Shown: piece by piece, positions 18,669-28,129 of the stretch
Numbering within the stretch: position 1 is the first letter of the stretch
Layout of the letters: each line of letters opens with the position of its first letter
NCBI GenBank assembly: GCA_039804105.1
Contig: JBDRZU010000001.1
Span: 320,001-384,000, forward strand
Reading direction: 5' to 3'
From: a candidate division WOR-3 bacterium
GTDB lineage: Bacteria > Hydrothermota > 32-111
DNA: 64,000 bases
Program-made: the position numbers and the translations under genes
Notes under the pieces: generated by a model
The model's input: the letters and a program-made list of their open reading frames with translations, nothing else
Databases searched by the model: none
What the model was told of the DNA's origin: nothing

Positions 18669-20882
18669 CTAAAAAAGATGAAAATATACCATTAGACCTG
18701 CAGTAACTATTGAAACTATACTCATCAACTTTATCAAGATATTTAAAGATGGCCCTGCTGTATCTTTCAATGGATCACCAACAGTGTCACCAACAACAGC
18801 GGATTTGTGGTTTTCACTTCCTTTACCTCCAAGTTCTCCACTCTCGATATATTTTTTAGCATTATCCCATGATCCACCAGCATTTGCCATCATTATTGCT
18901 AAAACAAAACCACTCCCAAGTGACCCCGCAAGAAGCCCATAAACTCCCGGAACCCCTATCGTTAATCCAACAAAAATTGGAACTATAACAGCAAGCAATG
19001 CAGGTAGGATCATTTCTTTTTCTGCTGCTTTTGCTGCGATCGAGACACATTTTTCATAATCAGGTTTATTTTTACCTTCAAGTATACCTGGGATCGTATG
19101 AAACTGTCTTCTGATTTCATCCACCATCTTTGTTGCTGCTCTTCCAACTGCGTTTAAAGTTAAACCTGAAAATAGAAATGGCATCATAGAACCGATCATA
19201 ACTCCAACTATCACTTTCACATTCATAAGATGAACATCATAAACAAGAAGGACATCAACAATATCCATCGACTTGATTTCTGTAAGTGACAGAAAATTGT
19301 TACCTATATCTACAAAGCCATTTGAATTCTGAGCAATCCTGATTAGAGCAGCTCTAATCGCTTCAGAAAATGCTGCTATTAAAGCAAGTGCGGTTAAAGC
19401 AGCAGAACCTATTGCAAAACCTTTTCCAGTTGCTGCTGTTGTATTACCCAAGGAATCCAATGCATCGGTTCTTTCCCTTACTACTTTATCAAGTTTACTC
19501 ATCTGAGCATTTCCACCAGCGTTATCAGCGACAGGGCCATAAGCATCAGTTGCAAGTGTTATTCCTAAAGTTGATAACATTCCAACCGCTGATAGAGCAA
19601 TACCATAAAGTCCCAATGTAATATTTCTAAAATCAAAATTTGATGAGAAAAGATAAGAAACAACTATTCCTGTAACTATGACCAAAACGACAAAACCTGT
19701 TGATATCATAGATTCTCCAAATCCAGCAAGAATAACTGTCGCTGTACCTGTTTTCGTTTGATCGGCCACAAATTTTGTTGGTTTATATGAAAAAGATGTG
19801 TAAATTTCTGTGATCCTTCCTATAAACACTCCAACGATTAGACCTGTGATTAATGATAACCAGAAATTGAAATATTTTATCGTAGAATCTTTAAATAAAA
19901 GCCACATTAGAAGAAATGATAAAACAAATATTAAAAAAGTTGATATATTTATCCCTTTGTTCAGTGACTGAATCAGATGAATCTGATCAGCATTCTCTTT
20001 GGTTTTTATAAAAAATATTCCAATAATTGAAGAGATTATTCCAATCGCTGCTACCATCAACGGCAAAAGAACAAGTTTTAAAGATAGAGCTGTTGATGAT
20101 GACAAAGAGATCGCAACAGCAGCACCCAACGAAGCAGCAGAAAGGATCGAACCACAGTAACTCTCATAAAGATCAGCACCCATACCTGCAACATCACCAA
20201 CATTATCACCTACATTGTCAGCTATAACAGCGGGATTCCTCGAATCATCTTCCGGGATCTCAGATTCTATTTTACCAACAATATCAGCTCCAACATCAGC
20301 AGCTTTTGTAAATATTCCACCACCAACTCTTGCAAAAAGTGCCTGTGAGGAAGCACCCATACCAAATGTTAGTATCGTTGCGGTTATAATGTATAAATCA
20401 TTTTGATAAAATAATCTTAAGATGAAAAACCATACAGTTATATCAAGGAGTCCAAGACCAACAACTGTGAGTCCCATTACAGCACCCGCTCTAAAAGCAA
20501 CTTTCAACGCTTCATCAAGTGATTTTTTTGCTGCCTGTGCTGTTCTTGAACTTGCCTGCGTTGCAGTGTTCATACCTATAAAACCAGCAAGTCCTGAAAA
20601 AAATCCACCTGTGAGAAAAGCGAATGGAGTCCATAATGATTGAAGTTTCAAAAAGTATGAAACTATAAAAAGAATGATAAATACAAAAATGAAAAAAATT
20701 CCTACAGATCTATACTGTTCCTTTAAATAAGCAAAAGCACCTTTCCTTACTATGGATGAAATCTCTTCCATCTTTTCATCACCCTTTGGATGCAATTGCA
20801 TATTTCTATAAAAAATAAACGCAAAAACAAGTGATAACAATGAACCAAAAAATGGTAACAACAAGAATAAATTATCATTCAT
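18669..20882 (-). CDS. hppA: K+-dependent membrane-bound ion-translocating pyrophosphatase; likely start at ATG 20882
   Basis: [45 protein letters not shown] before ATG 20882. Confidence 0.95.
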   Translation of the reverse strand: MNDNLFLLLPFFGSLLSLVFAFIFYRNMQLHPKGDEKMEEISSIVRKGAFAYLKEQYRSVGIFFIFVFIILFIVSYFLKLQSLWTPFAFLTGGFFSGLAGFIGMNTATQASSRTAQAAKKSLDEALKVAFRAGAVMGLTVVGLGLLDITVWFFILRLFYQNDLYIITATILTFGMGASSQALFARVGGGIFTKAADVGADIVGKIESEIPEDDSRNPAVIADNVGDNVGDVAGMGADLYESYCGSILSAASLGAAVAISLSSSTALSLKLVLLPLMVAAIGIISSIIGIFFIKTKENADQIHLIQSLNKGINISTFLIFVLSFLLMWLLFKDSTIKYFNFWLSLITGLIVGVFIGRITEIYTSFSYKPTKFVADQTKTGTATVILAGFGESMISTGFVVLVIVTGIVVSYLFSSNFDFRNITLGLYGIALSAVGMLSTLGITLATDAYGPVADNAGGNAQMSKLDKVVRERTDALDSLGNTTAATGKGFAIGSAALTALALIAAFSEAIRAALIRIAQNSNGFVDIGNNFLSLTEIKSMDIVDVLLVYDVHLMNVKVIVGVMIGSMMPFLFSGLTLNAVGRAATKMVDEIRRQFHTIPGILEGKNKPDYEKCVSIAAKAAEKEMILPALLAVIVPIFVGLTIGVPGVYGLLAGSLGSGFVLAIMMANAGGSWDNAKKYIESGELGGKGSENHKSAVVGDTVGDPLKDTAGPSLNILIKLMSIVSIVTAGLMVYFHLF

Positions 20883-20914
20883 AAGCACTCCTCAGATTTT
20901 TATTCAATTTTTTT

Positions 20915-20942
20915 ATTATATTGTTTAACAGGTAGTTGTCAA
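20915..20942 (-). promoter_or_regulatory. sigma70-type promoter of hppA
   Basis: Perfect TTGACA-16bp-TATAAT. Confidence 0.8.
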
Positions 20943-20945
20943 TAT

Positions 20946-21740
20946 TTAGAATTTGAAACTCTTTATAAAACCAACTTCATCTGTAAAATTGTCATCAAAC
21001 ACAAGTTCTTTTGTTTTAAGTATATGATAAAAATTCACAATGTTTAGTTCATTATTTAATTCCGATATGTACAGGAATCTTTTCTTTTCTTTTTCGGCTT
21101 TTTTCTTCTCTTTTAAAACTTTAGAAGATTTGCCTATAAGTACAAGAGGAAATACTGTTATGTTCAGTTTTTCGATTCTGATTTTTAAATATTCTAAAAA
21201 ACTTTCATCGATTATATCAAAATTAAGTAATTTCAAAAGAGTGACTGGATTTTTATCGTTGCTTTTAAAAAGGATGTTAAAATCTTCCTCAATTCCTTCT
21301 TCAAAAAAAGTTATGGATACTGAAGGTTTCAAAGTTCTAATAAAAAGTTTTCTGTAATCTTTTTCAATATTAGATAAATCAATAAAAAGATCTATTTCTT
21401 TTAATTTTTTTTTAAACTCAAATATTTTTTCAAGTTCTTGAAATTTAATTGGTTTTGGTTTTACTAATTCTTCAATATTTTCTTTATGAAAAAGATCTTT
21501 ATAAAGAGTAAAATATGTTAATATAAAATAATAAACGTTAAGATTTTTAAGTTTGTGTTTTAAACTTCTATCAAAAGTCAAAAAACTGTTTAGAGAATTG
21601 ATTTCGTTGTTCCAGATAACTACAACATTATTTATTCCATCAAACAAAGTTGAAGTATTTATCTGTTTTTTCCATTCTGTTCCAATACTTTTGACCTTTT
21701 TCTTCAGAAAATAGTTTTCAAGAATCTTGATCATTTTCAA
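20946..21740 (-). CDS. Hypothetical protein
   Basis: 264-aa ORF in operon context; no recognised motif. Confidence 0.65.
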   Translation of the reverse strand: MKMIKILENYFLKKKVKSIGTEWKKQINTSTLFDGINNVVVIWNNEINSLNSFLTFDRSLKHKLKNLNVYYFILTYFTLYKDLFHKENIEELVKPKPIKFQELEKIFEFKKKLKEIDLFIDLSNIEKDYRKLFIRTLKPSVSITFFEEGIEEDFNILFKSNDKNPVTLLKLLNFDIIDESFLEYLKIRIEKLNITVFPLVLIGKSSKVLKEKKKAEKEKKRFLYISELNNELNIVNFYHILKTKELVFDDNFTDEVGFIKSFKF

Positions 21741-21981
21741 TAAACTCCCGTAATATAGGTTTTAAAAATATATCTCCCCTCTCACTTAAAATATCTTTCA
21801 GAATCTTTTTATAAATCTCTAATCTATTTTTTAAAGGTAAAATTCTATTTAAGATTATATATTCTTTATCCTTATATTTACAATAACCACCATCCTTCTG
21901 AATATTGTCATATCTTATAACAATTCCTAAGGAGTCAAAAAGTTCTTCAAACTCTTTTAAAATTTCTTTGTTCTTACTCAT
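21718..21981 (-). CDS. Small hypothetical protein
   Basis: 87 aa, overlaps neighbours in a way consistent with translational coupling; IRYD..KDGGYC...IILN. Confidence 0.7.
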   Translation of the reverse strand: MSKNKEILKEFEELFDSLGIVIRYDNIQKDGGYCKYKDKEYIILNRILPLKNRLEIYKKILKDILSERGDIFLKPILREFIENDQDS

Positions 21982-23801
21982 TTTAGAACCTTCACCTTTC
22001 CTTTTATTAAACCATGTATTTCAATCTCATCAAAAGAGATTATTTCCAATAGATTGTTTATTAGATCCTCTGTAAAAATCTGCCCTGGAATAATCAAGGG
22101 AATTCCAGGAGGATATGGAACAAGCATGTTCGATGATATTCTTCCCTTCGCATTTTTTAAGTCAATCCATTCTCCTTTTGATTGGTATGCCTCAAATGGT
22201 GGAATGGTGGCTTCAAGATCGTTCCATATAAATTGAATCTCTTTCTCTTTCAAATCTCTTTTTTCATATTTAAAATCCTTTAAAACTTTCAACAACCTTT
22301 TTACCATATTCTGCGTTGTTCCAACTCCTAAAAGTAATGTAAAACTGTTATAATTTATTTTTTCAACAACAATTCTGTTTTTTAAAAGGTATGAGTATAT
22401 CTGTTTCTTACCGATACCTGTATTTGAAAAATTCACAAGGATCCTTGTATAATCGAAGAGTATTTCGTTTATGTTCTGATAATATCCTTTAAGGTATGAT
22501 CTTTTTAATACTTTAAAATCGTTTAAAGCATCTATTTCAATAACAAGTTGTTCATAATATTTTTTTAGTTTTTCCAAAATCATCTTACCTTCACAGGAAA
22601 GTAGTTTCCTTGCAACATCAATACTTGCAACCATTGGATAAAAAGGAGAAGTAGATGAAAAAAACATATAATTTTCAAAAAACTCATACTTTTTTTCTTT
22701 AAAATCTTTGTCGTTAACATGTATAACCGATGCTTGAGAGAAAGCACCCATAACTTTATGTGTAGATTGAACAACATAATCTGCACCACTCTGTAAAGCA
22801 TCAGGATAATAGTCATGGTGGAAATGCATATGTGCTCCCCATGCCTCGTCAACAAGAACTTTGATTTTATATTTGTGCGCAACAGATATTATTTCCGGTA
22901 AATTGTACCTTAAACCATCATAAGTGGGAACAGTTAAAGCAAGTAATTTTGCGTCTTTATTATCCTCTATACATTTTATGACTTCCTCTTTTCTTGTAGG
23001 CAATATTATTCCAAATTCTTTGTTAAAATTTGCTTTTAAAAATACAGGTAAAGCACCTGAAACTATTATTGAATGGATCGTCGATTTATGAATGTTTCTA
23101 TCAACTATTACCTTATCACCTTTATCAAGAAGTGTCATAAAAATTATTTTATTTGAGGTTGATGTTCCATGAACATTAATAAAAGAATACAGAGTCCCAT
23201 ACGCTGTTGAAAGAAGTTTTTCTGCTTCTTTAAATACACCGTTGTGAGAAAGTAATGAACCAAAAGATGGATCTGAAACAGAAGTGTCAGTCAAAAATAT
23301 ATTGTTTTTATAAAATCTCTTAAAATCTCTTACCGATGTATATTTTTCAAATGCTTCCCCTCCAACATGTCCAGGTGTATGCCATCTCTGTTTTTTACTA
23401 CGTGCCAGTTTTTTTAAAGAATTGAAAAACGGGGTATTGTATCTTCTTTCATAAAAAAATTGGATTATTAAATTTTTTAAATCTGAAAGTTCATAAAAAT
23501 ATTTAATGTTTCTGTTAACGATGTTAGGTTTAAATTTATAATCAAAAATAAAAATTTCACTTTGATTGTTATAGAAAAGAAGAGTGTTGATTATATCATC
23601 CTCAAATTGCTTTACATCTACAATAACACCATCATACATCAATTTATCCAATCCAGGTTCAGAGTAGATAAATTTACTTATCAATCTTATTTTGAATTTT
23701 GTACGGTTATAGATAACTTCCTCTCCATCAAGAAAGTTATATTTTACCTTTTTCTTACGATCATCAGTAACAACAATAAGATCATAGTTTATAATAGTCA
23801 T
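21978..23801 (-). CDS. PLP-dependent Orn/Lys/Arg decarboxylase (fold type I)
   Basis: WHTPGH, GTSTSN, DRNIHKS, VDEAWGAH, QSTHK (PLP lysine), STSP, PYPPGIP. Confidence 0.92.
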   Translation of the reverse strand: MTIINYDLIVVTDDRKKKVKYNFLDGEEVIYNRTKFKIRLISKFIYSEPGLDKLMYDGVIVDVKQFEDDIINTLLFYNNQSEIFIFDYKFKPNIVNRNIKYFYELSDLKNLIIQFFYERRYNTPFFNSLKKLARSKKQRWHTPGHVGGEAFEKYTSVRDFKRFYKNNIFLTDTSVSDPSFGSLLSHNGVFKEAEKLLSTAYGTLYSFINVHGTSTSNKIIFMTLLDKGDKVIVDRNIHKSTIHSIIVSGALPVFLKANFNKEFGIILPTRKEEVIKCIEDNKDAKLLALTVPTYDGLRYNLPEIISVAHKYKIKVLVDEAWGAHMHFHHDYYPDALQSGADYVVQSTHKVMGAFSQASVIHVNDKDFKEKKYEFFENYMFFSSTSPFYPMVASIDVARKLLSCEGKMILEKLKKYYEQLVIEIDALNDFKVLKRSYLKGYYQNINEILFDYTRILVNFSNTGIGKKQIYSYLLKNRIVVEKINYNSFTLLLGVGTTQNMVKRLLKVLKDFKYEKRDLKEKEIQFIWNDLEATIPPFEAYQSKGEWIDLKNAKGRISSNMLVPYPPGIPLIIPGQIFTEDLINNLLEIISFDEIEIHGLIKGKVKVLK

Positions 23802-23808
23802 AAATTGT

Positions 23809-23836
23809 ATTATCTATAAAAGTTTTTTTAAGTCAA
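23809..23836 (-). promoter_or_regulatory. sigma70-type promoter, leaderless decarboxylase
   Basis: TTGACT-16bp-GATAAT-7nt-ATG. Confidence 0.55.
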
Positions 23837-23844
23837 GAAAAGTT

Positions 23845-25119
23845 TTAACAAAAATAGGTATAACCTTTAACATCTTTTATTTTAAGTTTTAATACTTTAA
23901 ATTTTTCTATATCTTTGTTTTTGGTAACAACAATATCATCAATGTCAGGCGCATCTTCAATCAACCTTCCATAAGTATACTCATTATCTGAATAATAAAA
24001 AACAACATTTTTGTATTTACCAATATTTGCCTTCATCTTCTCGATCGCAATTTTTTTATTGATATTTATCAACTTGTTAAACCTTTCAATCTTTTTAGAA
24101 AAATCTATAGTATTCTCGATTTCCTCATTTTCGTTCGAGTACAGAAAAAGCCCAAGTTTATCTATATATCCTCTTTTTATAAAATCCTTCAACTTTTGAA
24201 AATCTCTTTCTTTTTCTTGAGGAAAACCAACTATAAAAGAACTTCTCAAAATAAGTCCTGAGTTTTTTATCATATTGGAAATTTCAAAAACATCGATGTT
24301 CTCTCTTTTCATAGATTTTAAAACATCATATGAAACATGTTGGAACGGAACATCGATGTATTTGATAAAACTTTTTGATTCTTTTATTGCAGAAACAATA
24401 TCATTTATAGCATTATCAGGATAAACATATAGAAGTCGGAATAATCTATCAGGGAAATTTTTATCCAACTTTTCAATAAGTTTTAGAATCATTCTCCTTT
24501 TATAAAGATCAACTCCATAAAGTGAGGAATCCTCTGATATCAGTTCAAACTCCTGAAAGCCTTTCTTTGAAAAATTCTCGACCTCTTTTAAAATCTCTTC
24601 TATTCTTTTACTCCTTAAAGTGCCTCTTATTGATGGAATTTTGCAAAAAGAACATTTTCGGAAACATCCTTCAGAAATCTTTATATAGGTGTGGAATCTG
24701 TTTAAAGGATATCTTTCAGAACTAAAAAAGATCTTTGTATTATCATTCAACTTTATCAATTTTTTTTTCGAATTTAAATTTTCAAGAATAAAATCTTTAA
24801 ACTGTCCACTTTCGGTTCCAATAAAAAGATTTATATTTGGAAATATTTTGAAAACTTTATCCTTAAACATTTGGACATAACATCCAATGAGTATAACTTT
24901 TTTTGTTTTTGAAATTTTTTTTGCTATCTTTTCACTCTCAACTCTTGCATCATTTATAAATGAACAGGTATTTATAAGAACAAAATCAGATCTGTCAATA
25001 TCTTCAACGATCAAATGTCCTTCTTTTGTTAATTCTCCCAACAAATACTCAATATCAACCTGATTTTTTGAACAACCAAGAGTTAATGGAAAAAATGAAA
25101 AATTTTTTTTACTTTTCAA
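23845..25119 (-). CDS. rimO: Ribosomal protein S12 methylthiotransferase (MiaB/RimO radical SAM)
   Basis: LGCSKNQVD, INTCSFI, KISEGCFRKCSFC, DAPDID. Confidence 0.85.
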   Translation of the reverse strand: MKSKKNFSFFPLTLGCSKNQVDIEYLLGELTKEGHLIVEDIDRSDFVLINTCSFINDARVESEKIAKKISKTKKVILIGCYVQMFKDKVFKIFPNINLFIGTESGQFKDFILENLNSKKKLIKLNDNTKIFFSSERYPLNRFHTYIKISEGCFRKCSFCKIPSIRGTLRSKRIEEILKEVENFSKKGFQEFELISEDSSLYGVDLYKRRMILKLIEKLDKNFPDRLFRLLYVYPDNAINDIVSAIKESKSFIKYIDVPFQHVSYDVLKSMKRENIDVFEISNMIKNSGLILRSSFIVGFPQEKERDFQKLKDFIKRGYIDKLGLFLYSNENEEIENTIDFSKKIERFNKLININKKIAIEKMKANIGKYKNVVFYYSDNEYTYGRLIEDAPDIDDIVVTKNKDIEKFKVLKLKIKDVKGYTYFC

Positions 25120-27067
25120 TTAAAAGTTTTATCCTGTTTATTAAGTTTATATCATTTGCAAAGAATAATGCCTGTTGAGCAATTATAGAAGCATTTTCTT
25201 TTTCATCAAGAGCATAATGCGTTTCAGCAAGTTCTGTCAAGACAAGGGCAACCTTTTCTCTATTATCCTGATAGAGAACAAGTGCTTTTCTGAAATATTC
25301 TTTTGCCTGTGAGTACATTTTCAATGAAAAAAATTTTTCACCTAAAAATCTGTTTAATTCTGCTTCAATAAAAATATCACCACCATCATAATTCTCAACC
25401 AATTTTGTGAGTTTTTCAATATCATTTTTTTGAGAATAAATTGCAAATTGCAAAATTAACAAGGAATCTGAAAAAATGTTTTTTATCTTTAACTTCTTAT
25501 CGATCAAAATAAGTGCTGCATCATAATTACCAATATTTTTAAGTGAATTTATTAAAATATATTCGACCTCATCCTTATAAAATCTCATATTATCTGAAAA
25601 ATCTTGGATAACATTTATAACAAAGGTGTAATTCATTTGATTTTTGTAAGCATAATTCAAAAGAAGATAAAATATTTTACACACTTTTTCATTTGAAAAA
25701 TCCATACTTTTAAAAAAGGTTGTTATAAAATCTACTTTTAAATTTTCATAAATAAAAGGAATATTTTTTTCAAATATCTGAAAAACTTTTTCACCTCTAT
25801 TAAATTCTATTAGGTAGTTCTTAAGATAGTAAATCTTTAAAGAATCTGAATCGGTTTCTTCTATAATTCTTTCATAAGCGTTCTTTTTGAAAGGATTATT
25901 TTTTTCATTATTTATAAAAGATATGAACGACTGAATACTATCAGGATACAAACCATCTTTATAATCTACAAAATATTTCAAATAAATCATCTTGTCTTTT
26001 ATAAAATCTGGATAATTTCTTTTTGTAAGGTACTCTTTGAATTTTTTATAGTTTTTTAAATTGAAATATGACTCAGCGATCATTTGATCAGCATATATTG
26101 TTAACTCATCTTCAGGAAATTCAGTCGAAAAATTTTCAAGTTTTTTTATCGCTTTTTTATAATCACCTTTGAGAAAAAATCCTTTACCATCTAAAAAGAG
26201 AGCATTTTTTTTAAAATCTGATGATATTTTCGATTCTCTGAAAACATTCAGAAAGTTTTCCATTTTATCATAATCCCCAAGCATAAAATAATTTTTACCA
26301 GCAAGATAATATGCGTTACCCAAAAGTATCGAATCAAATTTTTCATTTAGAATGACCTGGTTTACAAAATCAAGTGATTTTTTAAAATATCCTTTTTTAA
26401 ACAAAATCTGACTTTTTATGTATACAACATAATAATAGTCCTTATCTTCAAGATATTTGGCAAGAAAGAGATCACAAAAGTAGTCCAATTTTTCATAATT
26501 TTTCTTCATAAAGTTCAGGTTTATATATGTTTTAAAGATTTCGGGATAGTTAACAAAATTTTCAAACTCTTCTATCGTCTTGATGCAATCATCATACTTT
26601 TGCAATTTGTACAATGAAATTATTTTTAAAATATTCGAAAGATCACCTTTAAATTCTGATGATATTTTTAAACTGTTTTCTAGATCATTAAGATAATAGT
26701 AAGAATAACCTTTGAAAATGTAAAAAATAGTTTTTAAAGAATCTTTTAAAAATTTTGGTTCATAAGAAACTATAATATCGAATTTCTTTTCTTTAAAATT
26801 ATTTTTCAAATAAAGATACTCTTGAACATAATTTTGAGTCAATTTTCCTACATTGATTAAAGAATCATTAAACAAAATGAATCTATCCATTTTTGATAAA
26901 ATTTCAAGTTGTTGAACACTTTTAGTATAGAGAACCTTTTCGAAATCGATTTCTTTATTAAAAAAGTTCTTAATATTTTCAGAATCATCAAAATATTGCC
27001 ATAAAGCAAACACTCTGATAAAGGGGAAAATAACCAACGATATTTTAAGTGACCTGAACAAGTTCAT
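25109..27067 (-). CDS. Tetratricopeptide-repeat protein, probably exported; start uncertain (ATG 27067 preferred over 27115)
   Basis: Repeated helical A/Y/G TPR patterns (AYYLAGKNYF, ALFLDGKGFF); hydrophobic N-terminal segment. Confidence 0.7.
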   Translation of the reverse strand: MNLFRSLKISLVIFPFIRVFALWQYFDDSENIKNFFNKEIDFEKVLYTKSVQQLEILSKMDRFILFNDSLINVGKLTQNYVQEYLYLKNNFKEKKFDIIVSYEPKFLKDSLKTIFYIFKGYSYYYLNDLENSLKISSEFKGDLSNILKIISLYKLQKYDDCIKTIEEFENFVNYPEIFKTYINLNFMKKNYEKLDYFCDLFLAKYLEDKDYYYVVYIKSQILFKKGYFKKSLDFVNQVILNEKFDSILLGNAYYLAGKNYFMLGDYDKMENFLNVFRESKISSDFKKNALFLDGKGFFLKGDYKKAIKKLENFSTEFPEDELTIYADQMIAESYFNLKNYKKFKEYLTKRNYPDFIKDKMIYLKYFVDYKDGLYPDSIQSFISFINNEKNNPFKKNAYERIIEETDSDSLKIYYLKNYLIEFNRGEKVFQIFEKNIPFIYENLKVDFITTFFKSMDFSNEKVCKIFYLLLNYAYKNQMNYTFVINVIQDFSDNMRFYKDEVEYILINSLKNIGNYDAALILIDKKLKIKNIFSDSLLILQFAIYSQKNDIEKLTKLVENYDGGDIFIEAELNRFLGEKFFSLKMYSQAKEYFRKALVLYQDNREKVALVLTELAETHYALDEKENASIIAQQALFFANDINLINRIKLLIEK

Positions 27068-28094
27068 AAATGTTTGTCCCGAGGCCAATTTTCTGTGCAT
27101 GTTCAAGTTGAACAAGAGGTTCTATATCTGGATGGGTTTTTTTAAAAGGATCATATCCTGTTCTTTCGCAAACGAGATCATAAGAAGCTCTATCGAGAGC
27201 GACCGGATCTTTTGAAAAAAGAATTCCGACATCTTTTGCAATAGGACTTTTATTGTAAGGATAACAATCACAAACAGGAGAAATGTCCATTAGAAAATTT
27301 ACAAAAATTGCTGGTTTGTTTTCCACTGATATCTTTGCATACTCTGCCATTTTTTTTTGCATCAAAGAACTTTCTATTTCCCAATCAATATTTATCGCTC
27401 TGAAATCACATATCTCAAGACATAAACCACATCCAACACAAATATTTTTATCTATATAAGCAAAATTGTCAATCTGCTTAATCGCTTTCACATTACACCA
27501 TTTGATACACTTAAAACAACCTCTACATTTCTCTTTTTTTACATTTGGTGTCAGATTGGAGTGCATGGAAAGTTTTCCTCTCTTGGCTGCACATCCCATA
27601 CCCATATTTTTGATTGAACCTCCAAAGCCAGTCAGTTCATGCCCTTTAAAATGTGTTAAAAATAATATTCCATCAGAATAATAGATATCAGAGCCTATAT
27701 AAAATTCCTTTAATACTTCAAGTTCCTTTTCTACCTTTATAAAACTTTCCCCTCTAAGTCCATCCGCTATTATAACCGGAAAATATGAAAATCCATTAAA
27801 GAATGCATTTTCAAGGTGATCAACAGAGTTTGACCTCATACCTTTATAAAGGGTGTTCGTATCAGTTAAAAAAGGTTTATATCCTTTATTTTTTAAAAAC
27901 TCACAGAACCAGTTGGCGTAAACCGGTTTAATATAAGCCCTATTTCCCTTTTCTCCAAAATGTATTTTTACAGCAATCAAAGAATTTTCATAAAATATTC
28001 TTTGGATCTCAATTTCCTTTAAAAGAATACTCTCAAATATTTTAAAATTTCCTGAAAATGTTTGAATGTCTATAAAATAAACTTTTGGATTCAT
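27045..28094 (-). CDS. DUF362 family protein with 2x[4Fe-4S] ferredoxin domain
   Basis: KIHFGE, THFKGH, GGSIKNMGMG, CRGCFKCIKWC, CVGCGLCLEIC, CDC, DPVALD. Confidence 0.88.
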   Translation of the reverse strand: MNPKVYFIDIQTFSGNFKIFESILLKEIEIQRIFYENSLIAVKIHFGEKGNRAYIKPVYANWFCEFLKNKGYKPFLTDTNTLYKGMRSNSVDHLENAFFNGFSYFPVIIADGLRGESFIKVEKELEVLKEFYIGSDIYYSDGILFLTHFKGHELTGFGGSIKNMGMGCAAKRGKLSMHSNLTPNVKKEKCRGCFKCIKWCNVKAIKQIDNFAYIDKNICVGCGLCLEICDFRAINIDWEIESSLMQKKMAEYAKISVENKPAIFVNFLMDISPVCDCYPYNKSPIAKDVGILFSKDPVALDRASYDLVCERTGYDPFKKTHPDIEPLVQLEHAQKIGLGTNIYELVQVT

Positions 28095-28100
28095 CGTTTT

Positions 28101-28129
28101 ATTATATCAACTCTTTGTATACTTTTCAA
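28101..28129 (-). promoter_or_regulatory. sigma70-type promoter, leaderless DUF362 gene
   Basis: TTGAAA-17bp-TATAAT with TG extension, 6 nt before ATG. Confidence 0.6.
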
